From Balanoglossus misakiensis (Eukaryota; Animalia; Hemichordata), in assembly GCA_040954595.2 (NCBI GenBank), contig CM082588.2:5024156-5088155 (forward strand): 64,000 nucleotides of DNA. Direction: 5' to 3'. Shown here in pieces: positions 1 through 11,800 of this stretch. Numbering within the stretch: the stretch's first letter is position 1; each line of letters starts with the position of its first letter. Under the pieces are notes generated by a model, which ran no database searches, was not told the DNA's origin, and worked only from the letters and a program-made list of their open reading frames with translations. Made by a program: the position numbers and the translations under genes.

Positions 1-251
1 ACCTCCTTACACTTGTCTGTGGATCTTTGTGTAAATGTCTACGAATGCACAAGCTGAATATGTTGGCATATGTTTGTCGACGTCAAGGGGCCGGGGGAAA
101 TATGAACATTTCACATATACTCGGTCACAGAGAGAGCAAATAGAAAACCTATCGGAGGCAATGACGTATATTTATTGGGAAATGACTAGTTTTTATGGAT
201 TTAGAGCTACCGTATTTTGGGCGTAGATCAATTTACGAAAATCTGAATAAG

Positions 252-260
252 CGCCATCTT
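252..260 (-). promoter_or_regulatory. YY1-like motif (AAGATGGCG) upstream of DONSON, possible bidirectional promoter
   Basis: CGCCATCTT on + strand ~350 bp upstream of the DONSON ATG. Motif match only. Confidence 0.3.
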
Positions 261-611
261 CGACCAAAGCCGTGAAACTTTCGGGGTCATCGACTGTAGC
301 GGGCGCATGGCGGGTTGTTTCAAATTACGGAGGAAAACATCAAAACAATAGCAAAACATTGCGGAACAGGGCACGAATTGGCTTGAAGTACAGCATTTGG
401 AGTTTGCTGTGTGGTTGAAAAGACATCGTATGTTAACATGTGACGTATGATTACCAGGTTAGACAGAAACTGAATTTTTGGTGTTAATTTTTACAACTTA
501 CAACTTGTATCACTCTCACCTCCAATCCATGGTTACACCGTCTGTTCGACCGCTGGACACTGCATATTGACTTTGAAAATATCAAGGCACAATCTGTATA
601 GTCAATTACAC

Positions 612-3600
612 ATGGCGGAAAGTCCAACATGTTCCCCCAGGGCAAAATGGAAACGACCCTCGGATGTGATGAAAATGAGACGCAGAAAGAAAGTCCAAGG
701 AGGCCAGAACACAACCTTGAATTCTCCTCAGACCCTAATTGGAAGCAGCCAAAATGCAGAGAAGGAAAGGACAAGAGTTGAGAAGAGAAGAAATCCCTTT
801 GGTTGCCGGAAGTCGCCCAGGAAGAGGGTTTACTTGTCAACGTCTGACAGCGATGTCAGTGAGGAGACGGCTAAAATTACTGAAAGTCAGCGTGACTTCT
901 TCAAATCATTGGATCACCCCCTTGTGAAGGTAGGCTTTTTTATTTCTGGATCTGCTACAAGAGGATGACTTGCAGGCTCAATGGGAATATTGGAATACAG
1001 CTAGATTTTGCAACACAACTGAATGGAAGTCTTTGTCTATGGCTGGGTTTTGACTGCAGCACATACAAGCAGACAAAATTCATTCTGATCTTTCTTCATG
1101 TGAGTGCATGCAAAGGTAATTCTAGAATTGATTAAATTGTACATTTCAGGAAATGAAACCTGAAGTTTTAAACAAACAAGTCTTCAGATCATCCCAGGAA
1201 AGCCAAGTTACGAAGAGTGCACCATGCCAACCAGAAGTTGAAGTAAGATAGGATTTTATTTTCTCCGAAACAATATTCAAAATTGTTTACTTTTGAAATC
1301 TACCTGTATTATAGGTATTGATACTGGAGGGAAATCATGCTTTGGATTTTGTTCACAGGTACAGAAGAAGGTTGAAAGTCAGCCAGAATGTCCGGTGGAC
1401 TGGAGCATAAAAACAAGGATACGGTTTCTGTCTCCGGAAACTTTCAATTGGTGCATGAACTTGAAATCCACAGAAGAATCTGCAGGCATCAATGCGTTTG
1501 TGAGATGTCAGCCTTATGAGAAAATCGAAAGTGTTCAAGTAAGTGATAATATGTAGGATCTGGCAAGATTGATGTGGTAGTGTATGAATCTTGTGTGTGT
1601 GTCAGTGTTTGTATGGGGTGTATGATTGTGTGTATGGTATGTATTGTAAATGTGTGTGTGTGTGTGTGTGTGTTTGTGCACAGGACTGTAGCTAAGTACA
1701 GATTAAAACTTGTTTTTTTGCTGTTTGAAAACTGAGTGTTACCTGATACATTGTGCTTAGAATGTGAATATCGTCATCATCTACAGGATTTACAGAAGAA
1801 TGCAAAGGCTCGTTCACAATTCCAGCAGTGTCTCCACACATGGATCCATCCAAACATTCCATGGATAAAATTGTTCCCTCGGTTATCGACTGATATAAAA
1901 CAGACCAGGTGAGTTCCATGAGTAGTATGTGATTGCTTTTGTATCAACAGTCAAACATCTGTACTCACAGTGCAAACTTAACTTCGGTTTAATTACTTAA
2001 TTACTACTATTTCATCAACTACATGTACTTATGGAGTATTTACACATTCTCTTAAAGGCCCGTTGTGTATAGATAGTACTGTGCATAGAACTTTAATGTA
2101 AATTTCAAAATGACCAGCAGTCTCTGTATTAACTCCCAAGCATTTTTCGTTTGTTTATTTTTCCTTCAGTAAGACTTCCTTTGCTGTTAACCAGGAAATC
2201 CAAGACTCGTTGATATCTGATTGGTAAGTTGCTTGATGTTTTTATCAAATGTTCATACATGAGCCAGTTGGATTGATTTCAACCATCCATTTTCTTTGTC
2301 AAGTTTACATTTGTTCTGTCTGAACACCCCATCTCTGTCTGTTTAATCGCAGGTCCGGCAGCTTCCACTCAGTCTTTCACATGCTGAGATCCAAGCAGTG
2401 TCCCTACTTCTACTTGTGTGCACACCAGTTCACGGTGCTCTTCAGAGCGGCCGGAATCGGGGGAGTTTCGAAGCCGTCCGCCTTGATCACACCGACGACC
2501 AGAGGCTTGAGAGAGGCATTGAAAAACCAAGGTGTGAAAAAAACAATTGTATGAAACTGGGGTCAAAAATGCCCAGCTGAGCTTGGCACTTGACTAGCTG
2601 TGATGTGTACAATGCAGGGATGCCTTGTTGAAATACACACATTTGTGCGCAGCTGATACTTTGCAACTGCCCGGCTGTGGAGGATTTAATGCTGGCATGT
2701 TATTTCTACTGATGATTTTTCTCAATCTCATTTCTTTTGCTTCTGAAAATGGCAGGAATTGATTTCAGCATGCCGTTAGCATCATCAGGCGCTATCTCTG
2801 ATGCCGAAAAGAGTCAAGTTGACGATGATAAAATGGCCAAAGAGAAATCAACTACTGGCAATGATACGTCAGATCTCTCTGGTAAAGGGTATGTTATTTC
2901 TAGATCTGTTGTTTTCTTCCAGTCCATACGTTGAGAATTCTGTATCACAAACACACAGTTCAGACTACTGCTTGAATGTGTTAATATTGGATAGGGACTG
3001 GTTCTGAAAATACAATGTACTTTGCTTTTAAAGTAGAATGCGCCTTGAAAATTACTTGGAATGTTAATTTAGGAAACCAGTATTTGACATGGAATCTTCT
3101 GTTACCAGGGAAATCAGCAGTGAGGATGAAAATGATGAGGACATAGCGGAAAACGATCTGGATATCCTGGAGAGTGATGCTGGTGCATCGTCATGGTTAC
3201 AGAGCATGGGTCTGGATAAGAAGAGCTTCCCTTCACTGGACCCGCACAAAGTCAAACTGTATCCTTGTGGGGTTAATAATAATGTTTGGGTATACCCATC
3301 AGTTAGCTCATTTAAATTGATCAGTCAAAGTTCGAAAGTAAAGTTATGAAAATGATTCAGAAATTGGCAGGTATTGGGGCTTTAACAGATTACAATACCA
3401 GGTGAATGAATTAGTGCTTCTTTTCCTTAACTTTCACAAAGTCAGCAGGACAAGACCGTCAAAGTTGACCACCGAATCGAATCGCTGGTCCAGATAGTGG
3501 ACATCCACACCCAGGCGCTTTTCAATTTCCTTCTCAACAGTAAGAGTACCGTGGCCATCTCGGGCCCACAGGCCGGCATTCCGCCCACCATCATGGCCCC

Positions 3601-4336
3601 CGTGGCCTTTCAGGGAGCCACGCTCAGAACCCACAAGGTCAGTGTGCCCTTTACACCTGGTGGGTAACACCAGTAGCTGGCGAAATTATCTGTATTTTCT
3701 GTACGCCCCACATTTCAACATTGTATTACCAGCGTCTGTTAGATCTCTGCACATCTCTGTTTCTCAGGATTTTCAACACTCGAGGGACCAGTGACCCTTA
3801 AATTGATGTCACTCACAGGTATTACATTCCCCCCTTTCCCCTGGAATCCCCCAAAAGAATCTGGCAAAGGGGACATATTCCCCCCCCCCCCCCTGGCTGG
3901 ATCACTGCCAAGGATATGACGCCCCTGGTTTTGAGAATACGAAAGAAATATCCACAATTTTTTTTTATTCTTGCCATTTCAGGTGAAACTGGGAACTGTT
4001 CAACAGTACCGCGGCGGCAGACAGACGAGTTTCGGCAACCTGGAGATCACCGGCCCCATCTTGCCGCACAGCGTCTTTCACCTGTGCCGTCTCTTCCAAC
4101 AAACTCAGACGGGCGAATTCGCCATGAGTTCCCACACGCACGACGCCACGGTGCCGTTCAATGCCGCCCTCGGTGGCGAGGAGTCGCAGGACAATCAGAC
4201 GGCGTTGACGAGTCTAGAACAGTGTGGCCTGCAGCGCGAAAGTTTAGAGAGGTTCGTGTGGCCCACGGATCTCGGAACTCTGATAATCCGGGAATTGAAG
4301 TGTGAAGATGGGACATACACGTGGGAATTATCCTGA
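612..4336 (+). CDS. DONSON: Protein downstream neighbor of SON (replisome/CMG assembly factor), 10 coding exons, ~604 aa
   Basis: Exons 612-929, 1150-1242, 1359-1538, 1787-1908, 2170-2223, 2353-2531, 2756-2888, 3073-3258, 3442-3637, 3983-4336 join in frame (1815 nt) at GT..AG boundaries. Translation contains hallmark DONSON blocks [92 protein letters not shown] at ~4554 and ~4592. Confidence 0.93.
1593..1678. repeat. (TG)n microsatellite / TG-rich tract in a DONSON intron
   Basis: Pure TG runs at ~1593-1602 and ~1651-1672 within TG-rich sequence. Confidence 0.8.
3259..3441 (+). other. U12-type (minor spliceosome) GT-AG intron in DONSON
   Basis: 5' splice site GTATCCTT at 3259; branch site TTCCTTAAC at 3423-3431, ~10 nt before the AG at 3440-3441; no real polypyrimidine tract after the branch site. 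Removal restores frame (KVKL-QQDK). Confidence 0.9.
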
Positions 4337-5025
4337 GCTTTTATGATTTTCAAAATCTTTTTTTTTTCTTTGTAGTGACCTAATTTTCTTGTCTTTCTTC
4401 CAAGAACTTGTATAATAGCACAAGCAGTTCAGTGATGGATATACTGTGAGATCTAAAATATTGTGGAAAATGCTGAGTCAGCACTTATCTGGCATTCCCA
4501 GTATCTGAACACTGCTATCAAACATTTGACATAAGGTTTTCTTTATATCATTTAATAAAACTTGCTTTTTGACACCTTTTGTGAAAATTTCAATAAATGA
4601 CACTATTGAAACACACTTACACTTTTTCTATCAAAGTCTACATGTAAGGATGTGGAATATGAATTCACTTCATATGGGTAGTCCTCTAGTACATACATGT
4701 AGGTTTATATCAAACTTTATGTAATCGGTACTCTGGACAAGTTTAGTCAAAGAACGGTTCAATGTTCCAGTACCTTATTCCTTTTGAACCGTTTGGTCGT
4801 TGAGTAATTACTGGCTTTTCACTGGGAGCGTCAGCCGTTTCATCTCGCGTACTTAGCTTCCAGCGTTGACGAAGACAATAGACACAATCAAGATGATAGG
4901 ACTCAAGGATTTTGCTGACACATGTATTAATGGTTTTCCGGTGCTTACAGAAAAATCTGCACAAAATATAGCACAATAACAGCCCCTTTGCTCGAGGCAC
5001 ATTGGACATGACATCGTATGAAGAT

Positions 5026-5126
5026 GAATGACAGCTCAAATTCTACATATGTAAGACGATTCGGTGAAAAAAAAGTGTTTGTCGCAGTTGCCTTGAAATG
5101 TAAAATATGATATGCGACACAATATA
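5026..5126 (+). repeat. ~95-bp direct repeat, copy upstream of the GPCR
   Basis: gaatgacagctcaaattctacatatgtaagacgattcggtgaaaaa..gtttgtcgcagttgccttgaaat..gacacaatata recurs at 6408-6498. Confidence 0.8.
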
Positions 5127-5194
5127 GGTTTTACCAATGCACCATATCGCCTTCGTCGGTCATTCTGTCGAGCTGTTGCCCAGAGAACAAGTGG

Positions 5195-6220
5195 ATGAAA
5201 TCACGGGAAGAGCTCAGTTTACTCGTCATGTCTGAGCAGTTTGCTACTCACCCGTTTGGTGCTGACTGTTGCAACGGTACCACAGACGTCGAGATTTCTG
5301 TCTTTGATTTTGCCAACTCGTGTTTTCAGTTGATTTTGTCCCCCGTCATCGTCGGAAGCAACTGCTTTGTCGCCGTTTGCATCTTGAGATTCCGTAAGTT
5401 GAGACAGAGCCAAGACCACCTTCTTGTGCTCTCCCTGACCATTTCAGATGTGTTGATTGGACTCCTGTACGTCCCGCTGGAAGCCACCGGGTTGCTTGTG
5501 TGGAAATCATCTCCATCAATGTGCGCTTTACTAAGAGGCTGCCAGACGCTTCTACAAACAGCAAATCTTTACAGTGTCATGCTGATTTCGTTGAATAAAT
5601 ACGTGAAGATATTTCACCCGTTCCGATACCAGGCATGGGTGTCTGTTAAGACGGTGTGCGTTGCTTCGGTTGCAGCCTGGGTTTTGGCGTCGTGCTGGGC
5701 AGTCATTCCGGCCACTAAATGGTTGTACCAGGAAAACATCAACCAACAAGTTTTGTGCACTGATCGTGCGCCTCCGGGGAAACTCGTCGCCGTGTTCTTC
5801 ACCACAAGTTTCATTCTGCCCGTCGTTCTCCTTCTCGTCTCTAACCTTCGCATTGTTATCTTCGCAAGGGAGCAACGCCGGCGTATAGCAGCGCTCGCCG
5901 TGCCCGCACACGGGCACTACCCTGCTAGAGTCAGCCACCCACAGACCTCTATACGGGAGCTGAAGGCGCTACGCTTGGCTGTCTTGATATCCGCGACACT
6001 GTTCCTGTTTTGGAGTCCGCTGCGGACCATGCTGGTCATCAACAGTATTTGCAACACGTGCAAACATTCGCCCGCAAACATTGTACTATCTCAAATCGTT
6101 ATTGGGCTATCCCATTTTAACTCGGTCGTAAATCCGATGTTGTATTCACTCGATAAACCGCTCAGAAGTGCGGGCAGAGCTTTACTTAAACGACAGGCTG
6201 GACCCATCCTTATAGATTGA
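5195..6220 (+). CDS. Intronless class A (rhodopsin-like) 7TM GPCR, adenosine/amine-receptor-like orphan
   Basis: 341-aa ORF with seven hydrophobic segments: TM2 SLTISD, TM3-end SLNKY..I..PFRY, TM4 W, TM5 FILP, TM6 FWSP, TM7 NSVVNPMLY. The real start may be the second ATG at 5228. Confidence 0.9.
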   Translation: MKSREELSLLVMSEQFATHPFGADCCNGTTDVEISVFDFANSCFQLILSPVIVGSNCFVAVCILRFRKLRQSQDHLLVLSLTISDVLIGLLYVPLEATGLLVWKSSPSMCALLRGCQTLLQTANLYSVMLISLNKYVKIFHPFRYQAWVSVKTVCVASVAAWVLASCWAVIPATKWLYQENINQQVLCTDRAPPGKLVAVFFTTSFILPVVLLLVSNLRIVIFAREQRRRIAALAVPAHGHYPARVSHPQTSIRELKALRLAVLISATLFLFWSPLRTMLVINSICNTCKHSPANIVLSQIVIGLSHFNSVVNPMLYSLDKPLRSAGRALLKRQAGPILID

Positions 6221-6407
6221 TAATCAGGTTACTATATATCCTGTGGTGACGTTTTCCTCGAAATGTGTGTGTTCTTATATAATGGTTTTATCATATACTA
6301 AAATATACATGTACGTCCATTTGTCTATTGGGAGTGAAAAGAGTACTAGTATTAGGAAGCTCGTCATAGTTGACGCAGCTAGTGCAGTTTTCGCTGTCAA
6401 AACCTGG

Positions 6408-6498
6408 GAATGACTGCTCATATTCTACATATGTAAGGCGATTCGGTGAAAAACTAGAATGTTTGTCGCAGTTGCCTTGAAATATGTGACACAATATA
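6408..6498 (+). repeat. ~90-bp direct repeat, copy downstream of the GPCR
   Basis: gaatgactgctcatattctacatatgtaaggcgattcggtgaaaaa..gtttgtcgcagttgccttgaaatatgtgacacaatata matches 5026-5126. Confidence 0.8.
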
Positions 6499-7972
6499 AT
6501 CTTCATCAATTTGATCCGACAGAATTTCGATACCTCGGTACGCCGTGCTAGCATGATGGGTTTTTGTCGTACAGTTACATGTCGCGCTTTAGTATAAGAG
6601 CCCTTTTTGGAAAAAAGTTCTTTTTTGCAGAAAAAAGTCATTTTATCTCGTTGATAACAAGGTCAACATTTTATGGGACAAGAACTTCAATTGTATAGGC
6701 ATTGTTTTCATTCATCCTCAAACACAATTTAGTTGTTGTTTTACCCATATCATAAAATGCTGTATGTTAGTATAGGCCTAATCTTGTAATCCTGTTCTGA
6801 GAATTAATGGAAAGAATTTTTTTAAGCATCCTCTCAAATTGAATCTCCGCCTCCACTTATCCGTTTGCACTGCATTGAGGTCTTTATCGTAACGTTTATG
6901 TAAAGAGTCAAATAAAACTTGTTAACATATTATTCCTGATAGTTGTTTGTTATTTTTTAAACATTTTTATCCCTTGCATTGTTATGGTAGCAATAACTAT
7001 CATATATTTAAACATTTCTGAGTTCGATAAACCTACGACTGTGATATCTAGGAAATTATTCAACGGTTTTCATATAAAAAATACTTCGAAGTTGCAAATG
7101 CCACGTTGATGCCACGTCGGATAGTGCACTTTTGGATTACAGATTCAAATACTTGGATTTGTCCAGATGCACGGTATAAGTGACTCCTTAGCCCCAATCA
7201 TATTTATTACTCTGAAGTGATCTTGTAACCGAGATGATTTTTCTACAATTGATTTCGGCTCAAATTGGTGCGTGCCACGTTCAATTTTCTAGCAATTTGT
7301 GTGGTGACATGAGGCACGTGTACGGTAATGAGACGACAGACAACATTAAATGCTGTAATTGTCTATGGTTTGTTTAAGCAATACAACCATGCTGTATGAT
7401 GAGGTGAATCGGCCAATGTTGTCAGATCCGCCATATTCAACCCGCGGTTCTGAATCGAATATGGCGACGCAAGTTGATATATTTCTTGATCCGGCAGATA
7501 TTTGATACTCAAACAAAGCTGCGCTTGCACGATCTCGCCGAGGGGTTCTGTGCATGTCGTTTTATAACACATTGCTTTTGTGTTATTTTCGAGCCGATCG
7601 TTCGTTAAGTAATTGGTGGCCTTTCACTTCGTGCGTCTGCTGTTTCCTCTTGTTGACCTTGCTTCTGGCGTTGACGAAGTCGATAATTTCAATCAGGAAA
7701 AATGATCTGTGAACCTTCCACCACACATGTGTGTTTGCTGACATCCGTGTTTTTTAATAGCAGTATTATTGATATTTATTTCAGATTATAGAATCCACAG
7801 CAAAAAAGAAAGGGGTAAATATAGATAGAGGGACAAAACTAGCATTGGAAACAGACGCTTACGCACTTCTCTTGCTTACGAACGCCAGTGGCAGAGAGAA
7901 ATGAAAATACACAAATTGACAGCTCTCATTCACATCTCATAACGCCCATGTATGCTATCGTGTCTTTACTAA

Positions 7973-8050
7973 GAATGACAGCCCTTTTTTGCCTACTCGG
8001 TCCTCCTGTCGAGCTGGTGCCAGAAAACAGGTGGGAAGAACTCAGTTTAC
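7973..8050 (+). repeat. Degenerate copy of the GPCR 5' flank/start region
   Basis: tcggtcctcctgtcgagctggtgccagaaaacaggtgggaagaactcagtttac resembles 5149-5222 (tcggtcattctgtcgagctgttgcccagagaacaagtgg..gggaagagctcagtttac). Confidence 0.65.
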
Positions 8051-8180
8051 CGCATCAATGATACCCATATATATAAACACTTCGGAGTTGGATAAGCCTT
8101 GCTGACTAATCTAGGAAAATTATACAACGATTTTCATTGAAAATCCTCAAACACAGGTAAAAAGAAAGGGTCAGGAAAGT

Positions 8181-8807
8181 TTCTGTACGTTTGTCACTAG
8201 AGGGCGTACCACCTTGACAACTATATGCTTACCTAAGGGGCCATGTGCGTGGCTGTCGACGCCTAGCCGTGCAATAAATCCCAAATTTCTTAAAAGCAGC
8301 CACGTGTCTTTATTTTCAAAAGAACATCTTTTTTATGTCAATAGATAGACACATCCAGGAAAATCAGAGGTTATTTATATTCAATAATAACATACATCAG
8401 ATATAAACATCCTTACATCAAACATAATTAACCAAGTGTTAAACATTTAAAATGATTTGACATTAAACCCTGACTCACTAAGTTTAAAATTCAACACGTG
8501 ACGATACAGTGAGTAATATGTAATCTCCTGTACAGGTGTACAAGAGAACATCCGAGGGTTTTAACCCCTGATTAATGATGATGTCACCGAATGAAGATGA
8601 GCTACTTCTAACTCTTGCTAGGCCTTCAAACCTTTGACAAACCCAGTTAGCAGTATTCGCACATATATTCAGTAAACAATATTATAATTAAGATTTACCA
8701 TTTTAACCGTTTACGCATGTTAAACTGATGTACATCACAAATCAGTGCACGCATTTTGTTATGATGAAAACGTTAAAAACAACGTTATGAAATGATCTTT
8801 CATTAAG
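8181..8807 (+). repeat. Left copy of ~620-bp direct repeat abutting the tandem array
   Basis: Colinear with 16742-17396 from cactagagggcgtacc to aacgttatgaaatgatctttcattaag. The final TTAAG overlaps the first array unit. Confidence 0.92.
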
Positions 8808-11800
8808 CAGGCGCGGTATATAACGCATGGGAGCAGGAGAAGGAAGGGCAGCTAGCGTGCGACGTCTCCTGGCTACCTCGGCGGGACCAAGCTCAAGTCC
8901 CCTCCGAATTAGAAAGACAACGTGCTAAGTCGGTGTCCTTTAAGCAGGCGCGGTATATAACGCATGGGAACAGGGGAAGGAAGGGTAGCTAGTGTGCGAC
9001 GTCTCCCGGCTACCTCGGCGGGACCAAGCTCAAGTCCCCGCCGAATTAGAAAGACAACGCGTTAAGTCGGTGTCTTTTAAGCAGGCGCGGTATATAACGC
9101 ATGGGAACAGGGGAAGGAAGGGTAGCTAGTGTGCGACGTCTCCCGGCTACCTCGGTGGGACCAAGCTCAAGTCCCCGCCGAATTAGAAAGACAACGCGCT
9201 AAGTCGGTGTCCTTTAAGCAGGCGCGGTATATAACGCATGGGAACAGGGGAAGGAAGGGTAGCTAGTGTGCGACGTCTCCCGGCTACCTCGGCGGGACCA
9301 AGCTCAAGTCCCCGCCGAATTAGAAAGACAACGCGCTAAGTCGGTGTCCTTTAAGCAGGCGCGGTATATAACGCATGGGAACAGGGGAAGGAAGGGTAGC
9401 TAGCGTGCGACGTCTCCTGGCTACCTCGGCGGGACCAAGCTCAAGTCCCCGCCGAATTAGAAAGACAACGCGCTAAGTCGGTGTCCTTTAAGCAGGCGCG
9501 GTATATAACGCATGGGAACAAGGGAAGGAAGGGTAGCTAGTGTGCGACGTCTCCCGGCTACCTCGGCGGGACCAAGCTCAAGTCCCCGCCGAATTAGAAA
9601 GACAACGCGTTAAGTCGGTGTCCTTTAAGCTGGCGCGGTATATAACGCATGGGAACAGGGGAAGGAAGGGTAGCTAGTGTGCGACGTCTCCCGGGTACCT
9701 CGGCGGGACCAAGCTCAAGTCCCCGCCGAATTAGAGAGACAACGCGTTAAGTCGGTGACCTTTAAGCACGCGCGGTATATAACGCACGGGAACAGGGGAA
9801 GGAAGGGTAGCTAGTGTGCGACGTCTCCCGGCTACCTCGGCGGGACCAAGCTCAAGTCCCCGCCGAATTAGAAAGACAACGCGCTAAGTCGGTGTCCTTT
9901 AAGCAGGCGCGGTATATAACGCATGGGAACAGGGGAAGGAAGGGCAGCTAGTGTGCGACGTCTCCCGGCTACCTCTAGGGACCAAGCTCAAGTCCCCGCC
10001 GAATTAGAAAGACAACGCGTTAAGTCGGTGACCTTTAAGCAGGCGCGGTATATAACGCATGGGAACAGGGGAAGGAAGGGTAGCTAGTGTGCGACGTCTC
10101 CCGGCTACCTCGGCGGGACCAAGCTCAAGTCCCCGCCGAATTAGAAAGACAACGCGCTAAGTCGGTGTCCTTTAAGCAGGCGCGGTATATAACGCATGTG
10201 AACAGGGGAAAGAAGGGTGGCTAGCGTTCGACATCTCCCGGCAACCTCGGCGGGACCAAGCTCAAGTCCCCGCCGAATTAGAAAGACAACGCGCTAAGTC
10301 GGTGTCCTTTAAGCAGGCGCGGTATATAACGCATGGGAACAGGGGAAGGAAGGGCCGCTAGTGTGCGACGTCTCCCAGCAACCTCGGCGGGACCAAGCTC
10401 AAGTCCCCGCCGAATTAGAAAGACAACGCGCTAAGTCGGTGTCCTTTAAGCAGGCGCGGTATATAATGCATGGGAACAGGGGAAGGAAGGGTAGCTAGTG
10501 TGCGACGTCTCCCGGCTACCTCGGCGGGACCAAGCTCAAGTCCCCGCCGAATTAGAAAGACAACGCGCTAAGTCGGTGTCCATTAAGCAGGCGCGGTATA
10601 TAACGCATGGGAACAGGGGAAGGATGGGTAGCTAGTGTGCGACGTCTCCCGGCTACCTCGGCGGGACCAAGCTCAAGTCCCCGCCGAATTAGAAAGACAA
10701 CGCGCTAAGTCGGTGTCCTTTAAGCAGGCGCGGTATATAACGCATGGGAACAGGGGAAGGAAGGGTAGCTAGTGTGCGACGTCTCCCGGCTACCTCGGCG
10801 GGACCAAGCTCAAGTCCCCGCCGAATTAAAAAGACAACGCGCTAAGTCGGTGTCCTTTAAGCAGGCGCGGTATATAACGCATGGGAACAGGGGAAGGAAG
10901 GGCAGCTAGTGTGCGACGTCTCCCGGCTACCTCGGCGGGACCAAGCTCAAGTCCCCGCCGAATTAGAAAGACAACGCGCTAAGTCGGTGTCCTTTAAGCA
11001 GGCGCGGTATATAACGCATGGGAACAGGGGAAGGAAGGGCAGCTAGTGTGCGACGTCTCCCGGCTACCTCGGCGGGACCAAGCTCAAGTCCCCGCCGAAT
11101 TAGAAAGACAACGCGCTAAGTCTGTGTCCATTAAGCAGGCGCGGTATATAACGCATGGGAACAGGGGAAGGATGGGTAGCTAGTGTGCGACGTCTCCCGG
11201 CTACCTCGGCGGGACCAAGCTCAAGTCCCCGCCGAATTAGAAAGACAACGCGCTAAGTCGGTGTCCTTTAAGCAGGCGCGGTATATAACGCATGGGAACA
11301 GGGGAAGGAAGGGTAGCTAGTGTGCGACGTCTCCCGGCTACCTCGGCGGGACCAAGCTCAAGTCCCCGCCGAATTAAAAAGACAACGCGCTAAGTCGGTG
11401 TCCTTTAAGCAGGCGCGGTATATAACGCATGGGAACAGGGGAAGGAAGGGCAGCTAGTGTGCGACGTCTCCCGGCTACCTCGGCGGGACCAAGCTCAAGT
11501 CCCCGCCGAATTAGAAAGACAACGCGCTAAGTCGGTGTCCTTTAAGCAGGCGCGGTATATAACGCATGGGAACAGGGGAAGGAAGGGCAGCTAGTGTGCG
11601 ACGTCTCCCGGCTACCTCGGCGGGACCAAGCTCAAGTCCCCGCCGAATTAGAAAGACAACGCGCTAAGTCGGTGTCCTTTAAGCAGGCGCGGTATATAAC
11701 GCATGGGAACAGGGGAAGGAAGGGTAGCTAGTGTGCGACGTCTCCCGGCTACCTCGGCGGGACCAAGCTCAAGTCCCCGCCGAATTAGAAAGACAACGCT

